From a virus (taxonomy: Duplodnaviria; Caudoviricetes), in IMG/VR virus record IMGVR_UViG_3300034008_000129, positions 1 to 44,079 of that record: a stretch of 44,079 bases of DNA. One strand, given 5' to 3'. Below the pieces are notes generated by a model. The model had not been told where the DNA came from, did not search any database, and was given only the letters and a program-made list of their open reading frames with translations. The first letter of the stretch is position 1; every line of letters begins with the position of its first letter. Shown here piece by piece: positions 1 through 8,016 of the stretch. Position numbers and translations under genes: made by a program.

Positions 1-378
1 CTAGGCCGCGCGACGCGCCTCTCCCGCGACCGCGGGAAGAGTCGGCAACTCGCCCTCCATATTGATCCGCATCACCAGCCCGAGCGTCGCGTCCGGCAGG
101 TTGATGCCCTTCACCCGCTCGACGATCGCGTTGACCGGCAGGCCGCGGTCGATCTTCGACGCCATCCAGGACGCACGCTCGCGGCTAAGATAGCCGACGC
201 ACGTTCCGCTCACCGTGACGATCGCAACGGCGAGGCGGTCGTGCGGGTTGTCCGGCTGACGCACCAGTTCGATCACGTCGCCCGGCTGTAGCTCGCGCAG
301 TTCTATCTGGCGGCTGCTGCCGTCGTCGTTGTCGTACCAGCATCCGACCGCCGCCAGGCTGAAGTCGTTCCATCCCAT
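1..378 (-). CDS. Stand-alone HIRAN-domain protein (125 aa; start moved to MGWNDF)
   Basis: LVRQPDNPHDRLAVAI...VGYLSR motif typical of HIRAN; GGAG RBS upstream of ATG at 378. Confidence 0.85.
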   Translation of the reverse strand: MGWNDFSLAAVGCWYDNDDGSSRQIELRELQPGDVIELVRQPDNPHDRLAVAIVTVSGTCVGYLSRERASWMASKIDRGLPVNAIVERVKGINLPDATLGLVMRINMEGELPTLPAVAGEARRAA

Positions 379-393
379 AGCCGCTCCGGAGTA

Positions 394-408
394 GAACAAA
401 CGTGGAAC
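394..408. promoter_or_regulatory. Alphaproteobacterial LexA (SOS) box
   Basis: GAAC-AAACGTG-GAAC matches GAAC-N7-GAAC (GTTC-N7-GTTC), in the short intergenic region between divergent genes. Confidence 0.75.
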
Positions 409-453
409 ATCGGCTATAGAACCAGCCGTCCCGAGTCGGTCAAGAGGAGTCGG

Positions 454-690
454 ATGGTGGATATGGAACGATACGAGACAGCCCCCGGCGCGTTCGGCGC
501 GTGGCTGCTCACGAGGACGGAGGCGGGTGGTTTCGTCGGCACGCTCGCGAAGGCCGCGAAGGGTGACCGCCGGTTTCCCAAGCAAGGCGATGCCGAGGCC
601 GTTCGGAAATACCTGCGCCAGATGCAGGCCGACGGCGATATGTTCGACGCGATCGACGACGCCGAGGCCGACTGGCGGGCGCTCAACTGA
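454..690 (+). CDS. YozE/SAM-like family protein
   Basis: FGAWLL...VGTLAKAAKGDRRFPK...VRKYL...AEADW pattern resembles YozE. Confidence 0.6.
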   Translation: MVDMERYETAPGAFGAWLLTRTEAGGFVGTLAKAAKGDRRFPKQGDAEAVRKYLRQMQADGDMFDAIDDAEADWRALN

Positions 691-872
691 TGCTGACGGC
701 ATGGGAGCAGGCGTTCGGCCTGATGGAGACGCTCGGCTGCTGCGGTGCCGGTGACGTGGTGGTCGACGGCATCCGCACGGCACCGCCGGGCCGCGGCGAC
801 GTGGTGGACGCCTGGGTTGCGATCGGCGAGCGCCTGAACGCGATCGTCGAGGCGAGCAGGACGCAGCACTGA
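690..872 (+). CDS. Hypothetical protein
   Basis: TGATG stop/start coupling to neighbours on both sides. Confidence 0.55.
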   Translation: MLTAWEQAFGLMETLGCCGAGDVVVDGIRTAPPGRGDVVDAWVAIGERLNAIVEASRTQH

Positions 873-1162
873 TGGCGACGGCACTCGTCCGCAGGCTCGA
901 CCTGTCAAAGCCGCCCGCGATCGACAAGCGGGAGCCGGACCCGCGCAAGGCGCTCGCGACCCGCGCCGCCGCGCGCGGACATAGCCTCGCCTCGCTGTCC
1001 GCGATGATCCGGCGCAGCCCTGGCTACCTCGGCCGGTTCGTGCGCGAAGGGGTGCCTGCGGCGCTGAGCGTCCGCGACCACCGCCTGCTTGCCGACGTCA
1101 TGGGCGTCGACGAACGTGCGCTGGGCATCCGCGACCTGTGGGCCCGTCGTGACGCTCGCTGA
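872..1162 (+). CDS. HTH DNA-binding protein resembling the N-terminal domain of S24-type repressors, without a peptidase domain
   Basis: SLASLSAMIRRSPGYLGRFVREGVP...LLADVMGVDERALG helix-turn-helix pattern. Confidence 0.6.
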   Translation: MATALVRRLDLSKPPAIDKREPDPRKALATRAAARGHSLASLSAMIRRSPGYLGRFVREGVPAALSVRDHRLLADVMGVDERALGIRDLWARRDAR

Positions 1163-1337
1163 GCAGGCCCGCCAGCGGGTGGAGTCCGCACGCGAGCAGG
1201 GGCGCGAGCCCGTGCGCTGGATCGCCGCCGCCGACGTGCTGGCGCAGGTGTCCGACCTCAGCGGACGGTTGGCGGGCGTGCCGATCGAGGCGGGAGAGAC
1301 GCGCTGGGGGCTTGAGCTGGTGCTCGCGCCTGCATGA
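1149..1337 (+). CDS. Hypothetical protein (GTG start)
   Basis: Overlaps the upstream stop and couples to the next gene by ATGA. Confidence 0.5.
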   Translation: MTLAEQARQRVESAREQGREPVRWIAAADVLAQVSDLSGRLAGVPIEAGETRWGLELVLAPA

Positions 1338-1531
1338 CGCATCGCTGCCGCATCTGCACGGCCAACGACCGCGATGCGCTAATCGAGCACGTTGCCGAGC
1401 AGCTATGGGAAAGCCGGCGGCACGGCACGCTCGACGATTGGCCCTGGGCGGAGGCGGGCGGCTATTGGCAGGGGATCATGCGCGAGCTGGCGACGACGGC
1501 GGTCGAGGCGCTCAGTCCGGCAGGTCGATGA
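1334..1531 (+). CDS. Small hypothetical protein with N-terminal CxxC
   Basis: ATGA coupling; CRIC motif; protein-like composition. Confidence 0.6.
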   Translation: MTHRCRICTANDRDALIEHVAEQLWESRRHGTLDDWPWAEAGGYWQGIMRELATTAVEALSPAGR

Positions 1532-2339
1532 CGTCGTGTACCGCCACGATGCGGTAGGCGATCGGCTTGCCGCCCCGCATCTCCACGTTCACGTCGACAT
1601 CGAAGCCCTTCTTGTAGACGTTCTCGTCGGCCTCAGCGATCTCGTGACGGATACGCTCCTCCGCCAAGGTGGAAGCGTAGACGATCGGCAGCGCGCGCGG
1701 GTGGATCGCCTCGATCTCGACCAGTTCGCCTGACCGCTTCCCCGTTGTCGCGTGCGCGACGTTCGTTCTGGTGAAGACCATCAGCACGCGCTGCCGATCG
1801 GCATCCGACGTGGCTTCAAGTTCCTTGCGGTGGTCGGCAATCTGAAGCTCGGCCTCGCGCGCCTGCGGGGTCTCGAACTCGAACGCTGCGCGGACCTGGC
1901 GCTCGCCGTCTTCGAAGTAGGCCGCTTTCAACGACAGCGACGCATCCGGATCGCGCGCGATGGCGGCGACGGTCTTGTTGAAGTCCGTCAGGTCCGACTT
2001 GCCGGCATCCTCGTCGCGACCGCCCTTCGCGAAGTATTTCCGCAGCCGCCCCCCATAGTTGCCCACGAAGTCGGCAAGTTCGTTGGCTTTCTCCACAACG
2101 GTCATCACGCCGCCGAGAAGCGCGGTTCCGCCGACAAACCAGCCGATCAGCTCGGCCTCTATGCAGCCCGCCCGCACTTCCTTCACGTAGAAGCGAGCCT
2201 CGCCTTTCTGTTCCGGGTGATGTTGGGCGATGAACTTCTCGAACTGATTGCCCACCGCGACGAACAGCGACACGAAGTCGCCCAGCTCGATCGGCTGGGC
2301 GGTGTCGATTTTCATCAGGATGTGCGGCTCGCCCTCCAT
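1512..2339 (-). CDS. Hypothetical accessory protein (~275 aa)
   Basis: Long ORF with globular composition; start chosen at MEGEPH; no family recognised. Confidence 0.75.
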   Translation of the reverse strand: MEGEPHILMKIDTAQPIELGDFVSLFVAVGNQFEKFIAQHHPEQKGEARFYVKEVRAGCIEAELIGWFVGGTALLGGVMTVVEKANELADFVGNYGGRLRKYFAKGGRDEDAGKSDLTDFNKTVAAIARDPDASLSLKAAYFEDGERQVRAAFEFETPQAREAELQIADHRKELEATSDADRQRVLMVFTRTNVAHATTGKRSGELVEIEAIHPRALPIVYASTLAEERIRHEIAEADENVYKKGFDVDVNVEMRGGKPIAYRIVAVHDVIDLPD

Positions 2340-2401
2340 GCGTCCGGCATAAGGAGGAAAACGGCCGCCGAGCGCAAGGTGCATCTTGATCCCCTCCGGC
2401 G

Positions 2402-3217
2402 CTAGTCGACGCCGAGCGACGTCACGATCAGCTCGCCCGCGCGCTGACCCGAGCCGTGTGCCGAGCCGACGGTGTACGTCACCGCGACCTCCTCGATCGC
2501 GAACCGGCAGAACACTTCGCGCGCGCCCACCGTGTCGTTGATCGACAGCACGAACCGTCCGCTGATGGCGGCCAGTTGGTCGGCCAGACGCTGGAAGTCG
2601 TCGCGGCCGAACACGCCCGGGCCATAGTCCTCCTCGCAGCCCCAGTAGGGCGGGTCGATGTAGAACAGCGTCTCCGGACCATCGTATCGGCGGATCACGT
2701 CCGCATAGGGCAGCCGCTCGATCGTGACCGTTTCCAGCCGATCGCGCAGCCGCCGGAGATCGCCGCGCAGGCTGGCAAGGCGGAGCCGGCTGGGCGAACG
2801 CCGATCGACGCCGAACGTGCGGCCGGATACCTTGCCCCCGAACGCGAGGCGCTGGAGGTAGATGAAGCGCGCCGCGCGCTCGATGTCGGTTAGGGTGGAC
2901 GGATCGACACGGCGCAGCCGCTCGAACTCATCACGACTGGCGGGCATCGCCAGCAGCTCGTCGACCAGGGGCTCGTAGTGCCGTCGGGCAACGCGGTAGA
3001 GGTTGGTCACGTCCGACGAGATGTCGTTGATGACCTCGGCACGGGGACGGCTGGTCCGGCGCAGGAACACGCCGCCCATGCCGACACAGACGTCAACGAA
3101 GGTGTGGTGGGGAATGGTGGCGATCAGGGCGCACAGGCGCCGGGACAGGTTGCGCTTGCCACCGAGGTAAGGCGCAACGGGCCGCACCGGGGTCACCGGC
3201 GACGTTAGGAGTTCCAT
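2402..3217 (-). CDS. D12/Dam-class N6-adenine DNA methyltransferase (orphan)
   Basis: PYLGGK, EVINDI and FYIDPPYW motifs. Confidence 0.93.
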   Translation of the reverse strand: MELLTSPVTPVRPVAPYLGGKRNLSRRLCALIATIPHHTFVDVCVGMGGVFLRRTSRPRAEVINDISSDVTNLYRVARRHYEPLVDELLAMPASRDEFERLRRVDPSTLTDIERAARFIYLQRLAFGGKVSGRTFGVDRRSPSRLRLASLRGDLRRLRDRLETVTIERLPYADVIRRYDGPETLFYIDPPYWGCEEDYGPGVFGRDDFQRLADQLAAISGRFVLSINDTVGAREVFCRFAIEEVAVTYTVGSAHGSGQRAGELIVTSLGVD

Positions 3218-3239
3218 AGGGGGTTCAGGCTCACAGCAT

Positions 3240-3330
3240 CCGTCCCGCGAAAGCGGGCGGGTTGACCGGGTTGCCGCCGGTCACGGTGGGCAGCCGAAGT
3301 GCCCATCGGCTCTGCTGGTAGCCGCCAGCA
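3240..3330 (-). ncRNA. Candidate structured leader RNA upstream of the methylase (four consecutive hairpins)
   Basis: Inverted repeats at 3244-3257, 3263-3283, 3286-3306 and 3313-3330. Confidence 0.45.
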
Positions 3331-3360
3331 TCACCCGCGGCCTATGCGACACGCAAAAGA

Positions 3361-3419
3361 TATACGCAGTATGTCGATTGTGCTTGCCTGCCCGTGCTTA
3401 CGTCTGTATACGGAGTATA
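3361..3419. promoter_or_regulatory. Two palindromic operators (TATAC-N3-GTAT) upstream of hicA, probably HicB sites
   Basis: TATACGCAGTATG at 3361-3373 and TATACGGAGTATA at 3407-3419. Confidence 0.6.
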
Positions 3420-3434
3420 TCAGACGGGGACGGA

Positions 3435-3626
3435 ATGATGATCAGCAGCCGCGAAGTGATGAAGACCCTGAAGGCCAACGGTTGGGAGCATGTCGCGACT
3501 CGCGGCGATCACCACCAGTTCAAGAAGGATGGGGTCAAGGTCACCGTCCAGCACCCGGTCAAAGACCTCTCGCTCCGCAACATCATCTCCATCGAAAAAG
3601 CCACCGGGATCAGACTCCGGCCCTAA
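3435..3626 (+). CDS. hicA: HicA-family toxin (mRNA interferase)
   Basis: SSREVMKTLKANGW...RGDHHQFK...VTVQHPVKDL signature; adjacent to hicB. Confidence 0.92.
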   Translation: MMISSREVMKTLKANGWEHVATRGDHHQFKKDGVKVTVQHPVKDLSLRNIISIEKATGIRLRP

Positions 3627-3698
3627 GGGGCCGGGGCAGCCGGAAGGCCCCCAGACGACACGATAACACTGCCCTGCATCAGCCCGAGAGGATCAACG

Positions 3699-4139
3699 AT
3701 GCCCGCCACCTACTATCCCGCGATCATCGACCGCAGCGCCAGCGGCTTTGGTGCCACCTTCCCCGACTTCCCCGGCTGCATCGCCAACGGCGCGACCGTA
3801 AACGAGGCGATTGTCAACGCCGAGGCTGCACTCGCATTCCACGTCCAGGCTATGGCAAAGGACGGTGATGCCATCCCGGCACCGTCGGACTTTGCAGAGG
3901 TCGGTCAGCCTAAGGAGGAGAACGACGTGGTCGGCTTGATGGTGCGCGTTGACCTGCCGCCAAAGGTGCAGCGCGTCCTCGTCTCCCTTGACGAGAACCT
4001 GCTGCGCGCAATCGACGCGGTCGCTTCTAATCGGTCGGCGTTCATGGCGGAGGCCGCACGGGCAGCGCTCGAGAACAGGGTGCGCGGAATGGCCCAGGCG
4101 GCTGCCCAAGTTCGCCCTAAGCGCAAGGCGCCGCTTTGA
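3699..4139 (+). CDS. hicB: HicB-family antitoxin with C-terminal ribbon-helix-helix
   Basis: FGATFPDFPGCIANGATVNEA N-terminus; RVLVSLDENLLRAID...NRSAFMAEAAR RHH. Confidence 0.93.
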   Translation: MPATYYPAIIDRSASGFGATFPDFPGCIANGATVNEAIVNAEAALAFHVQAMAKDGDAIPAPSDFAEVGQPKEENDVVGLMVRVDLPPKVQRVLVSLDENLLRAIDAVASNRSAFMAEAARAALENRVRGMAQAAAQVRPKRKAPL

Positions 4140-4321
4140 CCCCCGAGCAGGAACGATGGGCCGAGGCACTCGCGATCGAACGCCTGCACGGCGAGGGCGC
4201 GCCGCGGTGGATCGCGGAGCGGATCGGCACGCTGGCGCTGGCTGGGGATGATGCTGGCGTCGAGCGGTTCCGGGAGATCGCGGCCCGGCTCGATCAGCTT
4301 CGCGCCGGTCGGGAGCAATGA
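4136..4321 (+). CDS. Small conserved sphingomonad-type protein (DUF6961-like)
   Basis: ERWAEALAIER.HG..AP..IAERI..LA..GD pattern; TTGA coupling to hicB. Confidence 0.6.
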   Translation: MTPEQERWAEALAIERLHGEGAPRWIAERIGTLALAGDDAGVERFREIAARLDQLRAGREQ

Positions 4322-4416
4322 GGCGAGAGAAGGGGTCGCGAGCTGCGACTATCGTTAGCTACCTTCTGGTCGGGATGTACGCCGCCGCCGTAGTGATCGC
4401 GCTGGTGCTGGGGTGA
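4318..4416 (+). CDS. 32-aa single-TM microprotein (not in ORF track)
   Basis: Translates as MRREKGSRAATIVSYLLVGMYAAAVVIALVLG; ATGA overlap upstream and GTGA overlap downstream. Confidence 0.5.
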   Translation: MRREKGSRAATIVSYLLVGMYAAAVVIALVLG

Positions 4417-4580
4417 GCGAGAGTGGTCGTGCTGCGGATTTCGCGCTTGCTGCCGCCCGCATCGCGACCCGCGAGCGTCGGAGGCAGGAGATGCTATTTC
4501 CCGAAGCGTCGTGTCGCGGTCCGGCGTGGGACATCCTGCTCGATCTGTTCACCAGTCGACTGGAGCGCAGCGCGGTCAAT
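4413..4580 (+). pseudogene. Truncated MarR/winged-helix-like regulator fragment
   Basis: RRRQEMLFP...PAWDILLDLF motif, after which similarity is lost. Confidence 0.45.
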
Positions 4581-4809
4581 ACTGGCTGTTCCGCCAGCAC
4601 CCATCGCAGACCCTGTCCTCCTCACCGCTCAGCGGCTTGTCGCAGATGCGGCACGCCGCAGGATCGCGACGCGGCGTGGCAACCGCCAACCGCACGATGA
4701 GGAGGACGAGCAGCGCGAACGACGCTGCGGCCACATGCGCCAGTCCGAACCTCAAGCCGAGGCCCCGAGTTTGGGCAGGCATCGTCGTCGCATGATTGGG
4801 CAGTTCCAC
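4576..4809 (-). CDS. Small membrane protein with C-terminal CxxC...CxxC zinc ribbon (start uncertain)
   Basis: Hydrophobic helix followed by CRICDKPL...VCDGC. Confidence 0.45.
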   Translation of the reverse strand: MELPNHATTMPAQTRGLGLRFGLAHVAAASFALLVLLIVRLAVATPRRDPAACRICDKPLSGEEDRVCDGCWRNSQY

Positions 4810-4849
4810 GCGCCGCGCTCAATCGTCAAGAGCGGCGCGTGGACGACCG

Positions 4850-5092
4850 TCACTCCTCCACCGGCGGCCAGGCCGTCTCCACGTCGATCTGCACCACGGT
4901 CAGCATGCGCAGCGCATCGCGGCGATCCTCGAACGCGTCGTCGTAGATCACGCGCTCGGGGAGGACGTACTTGCCAGCCTGCGGGCCCGCGTCGACGCGG
5001 CGCGGTTCCAGACGGTTCTCGTCCGCGGCGGTTTCCTCGCGGAAGCGCGCGGCCTGCTGTTCGGTCATCAGGAGAAAGGGGAGGATGTTCAT
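4850..5092 (-). CDS. Hypothetical protein, possible fibre assembly chaperone
   Basis: TGATG-coupled directly downstream of the fibre-like gene. Confidence 0.6.
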   Translation of the reverse strand: MNILPFLLMTEQQAARFREETAADENRLEPRRVDAGPQAGKYVLPERVIYDDAFEDRRDALRMLTVVQIDVETAWPPVEE

Positions 5093-6360
5093 CAGTTCGC
5101 TCCGATCGCGGTGAGAAAGGTGGAGAGGCGCGCGTGCAGGTTCGCGATGTCGGCTGCGCTAAGTCCGGCACCGGAGTAGAGGACCGCCACGCGGTCGTTC
5201 GAGTAGCTGGCGCCGTCGCGCAGGCCGCAGCCGTTGGCCGTCGGCATCGCGGTCGAGTTGACCGTTGCCGACACCAGCAGCGCGCCGCCCAGATACACCT
5301 CCTTGACGGTCAAGCTGGTGCGGGTTGCGGTGCGATGGCCGACGCGGGTGGTCGGGTTCGTCTCCGACGCGGTTGTGGTGGCGTCGTTGACCCTGAAGTT
5401 CGCGTTGCCGGTGTTGTTGCGCGCCTGGACATGGGCGGTCGAGGTGGTCGTGCATCCGATCGGCGGCTTGACCCCGTTGCCCGCGCCCTGAAGGTTGACC
5501 CATGCGCCGATCGTCGCCGAGTTGAGGCTGTACCCGTTGCCGCTCGCCCCGAACGCCTCGCCGAAGTCGAGATAGCTGGTGGAGCTATCGCCGGCATAGC
5601 CGCGGTCGACCGTGAAGGTGGGCGAGTTGATCGCGGACAGCACCTTCGCCGGGTTGCGCGCGTCCAGCCGCGCGGCCTGCGCGTCGTGCGCGGCGGTCAG
5701 TGCCAGGCGGTCGAGCTTCGCCCACACGCCGTCCGTCTTGAGCCCCGCCACCAGCGTGTTCAGCAGCCCCTTGCGCGTGGTGTCGGGCTGGACCGTCATG
5801 GCCGCGAAATAGGCGGTCGCATCGGGATCGTAGGCGGAGGCCACAGAGACGACGGGCGATGGCGCGGCGCTGGCGATCGTCACCGCGGCCGGACCGATGG
5901 TGACACCGCCGAGCGAGAGGACCGGCGCAGGCGCGATTGCCGCCACCGACGTGATCGATGCGCCGAGCGAGACGCCGCCGACGGAGAGGGTTGGTGCGGG
6001 CGCCGCCGTGCCGAGCGAGGCGAACACCGGCGCGATGGTGGCTGCTCCCTCCTGCAACAGGCTCGGCGCAGGCGAGGCGGCGGCGATCGTCACGACCGCA
6101 GACGAGATCGTTGCTCCGCCCGCTGTGACCACGGGCGCCGCCGCGATTGCGGTCAGGACGGTGGCCAGGGGCTGGATGCTCGCGACCGCAGGCGGTGCGC
6201 CGACGGTGATCGTCGGCGCGGGCGATGTTGAGGTCAGCGTGACGATTGCGGCGGCGATCACGGTGTACGACACCGGCCCGGCGGGCAGCAGCGTCACGCT
6301 CCACCCCGGCGCATTGACGACCGCGAACCCGGAGGCGCGCGCGACCTCGACCGTGATCAC
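5092..6360 (-). CDS. Fibre/adhesin-like virion protein: ~23-24 aa repeat stalk plus C-terminal ConA/LamG-like domain
   Basis: Repeated APAPxLxxGG units, then a YDPDATAYFAAM...GVWAKLD domain of the kind seen in phage fibres. Confidence 0.7.
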   Translation of the reverse strand: MITVEVARASGFAVVNAPGWSVTLLPAGPVSYTVIAAAIVTLTSTSPAPTITVGAPPAVASIQPLATVLTAIAAAPVVTAGGATISSAVVTIAAASPAPSLLQEGAATIAPVFASLGTAAPAPTLSVGGVSLGASITSVAAIAPAPVLSLGGVTIGPAAVTIASAAPSPVVSVASAYDPDATAYFAAMTVQPDTTRKGLLNTLVAGLKTDGVWAKLDRLALTAAHDAQAARLDARNPAKVLSAINSPTFTVDRGYAGDSSTSYLDFGEAFGASGNGYSLNSATIGAWVNLQGAGNGVKPPIGCTTTSTAHVQARNNTGNANFRVNDATTTASETNPTTRVGHRTATRTSLTVKEVYLGGALLVSATVNSTAMPTANGCGLRDGASYSNDRVAVLYSGAGLSAADIANLHARLSTFLTAIGAN

Positions 6361-6713
6361 GCGTCGGGCCCCGGCCGGGTCACCGTCTTCACCACCGGCA
6401 AGGTGATCTGGATGCCGAGCCAGACGTCGGGCGAGACGTCCACCCGCACGAAGTCGAGCGCCACCGTGTCGTTGCCGAGCGCCGCGGTAATGGCGCTCGG
6501 CATGCGCAATTCGATCGTGTCGTCATCGATCCGCACCAGCGAGCCGCCCGCGGTCGAGAGCGTGCCCGCCAGTTCCGCCGCGCCCGCAAAGGCGCGGACC
6601 TCCGCGACGATCGCGCACCCCGCCGGAAAGGCGGGCGTCTCTCCCGCCGCCCGGATGCGCAGGGGGTACGCGAACCCGACCGCTACGGGCGGTGCGCTGT
6701 GCAAGGTCACCAT
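6357..6713 (-). CDS. Putative fibre/baseplate adaptor (beta-rich)
   Basis: Lies in the structural cluster; GTGA coupling to the fibre gene. Confidence 0.6.
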   Translation of the reverse strand: MVTLHSAPPVAVGFAYPLRIRAAGETPAFPAGCAIVAEVRAFAGAAELAGTLSTAGGSLVRIDDDTIELRMPSAITAALGNDTVALDFVRVDVSPDVWLGIQITLPVVKTVTRPGPDA

Positions 6714-6718
6714 AGCGA

Positions 6719-7147
6719 TCAGTCCAGCCGGATGATGCCGTTGGCGTTCCACTCCATCGTCACGTTGCCGCCGTTGGTGGTCACCGGCAGCCCGGTCGCG
6801 GTGTCGATCAGCTCGATAAGGTTCGAGGTCGCAGCATCACCGGTATCCCGGTAGATCAGGATCGCCTCCGATTGCGTGCCCGTCCCCGTTCCCGCCGGAA
6901 CCGAGGTGAAGAGCGAGTCGTCGGCGTCGAACACCGCCGCCGATCCGCTGTTGGTCACGGTCTTGCCGGACAGGGTAGCCGCGTTGCCGATCCGCGCCCC
7001 GGCCGGAACAGACGACAGGAACTCGTGCGCTGCGGCGTAGGTGTAGGCGCCGGTGTCGATCAGCTGCGCCTTGATCGTGTCGGTGAGCAGGTTGAGCCCG
7101 CCCTTCATCAGCGCGGCTTTCGCCTTGGGGTAGATGGCGTTCGCCAT
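6719..7147 (-). CDS. Virion structural protein (fibre-associated)
   Basis: MANAIY...NLLTDTIK...AVFDADD...GLPVTTNGGNVTMEWNANGI pattern common in phage structural modules; AGGAG RBS. Confidence 0.75.
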   Translation of the reverse strand: MANAIYPKAKAALMKGGLNLLTDTIKAQLIDTGAYTYAAAHEFLSSVPAGARIGNAATLSGKTVTNSGSAAVFDADDSLFTSVPAGTGTGTQSEAILIYRDTGDAATSNLIELIDTATGLPVTTNGGNVTMEWNANGIIRLD

Positions 7148-7171
7148 GATGCTTGCTCCTGTTGAAGGGGG

Positions 7172-7408
7172 TTAGCGGACGACGGGGCAGTTGCCGTCGA
7201 GCACCGCCAGAGCGGTCACCGCAGCCTGTCGCCCGAGCGTGAGCTGGTACGGCACGACCCGGCCCGATGCGGCGTAGAGGTCCGCCGCAGTGATCGCCGT
7301 CGTGTAGGTCGTGCGGCGCAGCTCTGCGTGCTTGCAGATGTCGACGCGCGGCGAACCGGCGCACGCGGACAGGCTCGCCGCGAGGGCGAGGATCAGGATC
7401 AGGCGCAT
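7172..7408 (-). CDS. Lipoprotein, putative spanin-like lysis component
   Basis: Signal peptide with LSAC lipobox; directly downstream of the endolysin. Confidence 0.6.
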   Translation of the reverse strand: MRLILILALAASLSACAGSPRVDICKHAELRRTTYTTAITAADLYAASGRVVPYQLTLGRQAAVTALAVLDGNCPVVR

Positions 7409-7433
7409 GGTTAGTCTCCGGATTGAGCTCGCG

Positions 7434-8015
7434 TCAGGCGAGCAGGATCTTCATCGCCGCGAGGCGCTTGGCGCGGTCGGCAAGGCCGTTGACCCCGCCG
7501 TTGATCTTGCGGGTGACCGCCTCCAGGTCGTCGCGATCGGCGAGAGCGTTCAGCCCGCGGTCGGTCCAATAGGCACAGCTGACCATCAGGCCGATCGACG
7601 GAGCGGACGCGAGTTCAGGCCGCTGCTCTAGGTCGATGCCGAGGATGCGTCCGTAGCGCCGATAGTTCGCGCGACCCGTTACCTGGATGGGGCCCCGGCC
7701 CTTGTACCGCCTGCCGTCGCCCGGCTGCGTGTTGCCGAGGTCTGCGCGACCCTCATACGCCGAACCGCTTGCGTATTCCTCCATCGCGCGGAAGCCGTCG
7801 CTCTCGTGTCCGAGCTGCGCCATCGCGTGCGCAAGGCGGCGCTCGCTTTCAAGTATCCCGGCGCCGCGGAAGTGGACCGCTGCTGCGAGCCCCAGCTCGC
7901 TGGCGATCGTGGCGGGCGCGGCGCACCGGGCGAACAGCGCGCGCATGGTGGCGGGGCCGCAGTCACCATCCGGCGCCACGGCGAGACGCCGTTGCAGCTT
8001 AACAACATCGATCAT
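7434..8015 (-). CDS. Endolysin, glycoside hydrolase family 19, with short N-terminal peptidoglycan-binding segment
   Basis: AQLGHES, YKGRGPIQVTGRANY and VTRKINGG motifs; LQRRL...DGDCGPAT PG-binding pattern. Confidence 0.93.
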   Translation of the reverse strand: MIDVVKLQRRLAVAPDGDCGPATMRALFARCAAPATIASELGLAAAVHFRGAGILESERRLAHAMAQLGHESDGFRAMEEYASGSAYEGRADLGNTQPGDGRRYKGRGPIQVTGRANYRRYGRILGIDLEQRPELASAPSIGLMVSCAYWTDRGLNALADRDDLEAVTRKINGGVNGLADRAKRLAAMKILLA

Positions 8016-8016
8016 G

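Noticed and set aside
379-948. 190-aa N-terminal extension of the HIRAN ORF in the track
   Set aside because: Low-complexity antisense read-through of the plus-strand genes; an RBS and ATG at 378 give a clean domain start
4423-6231. 602-aa plus-strand ORF
   Set aside because: Arg-rich shadow frame antisense to real structural genes in GC-rich DNA
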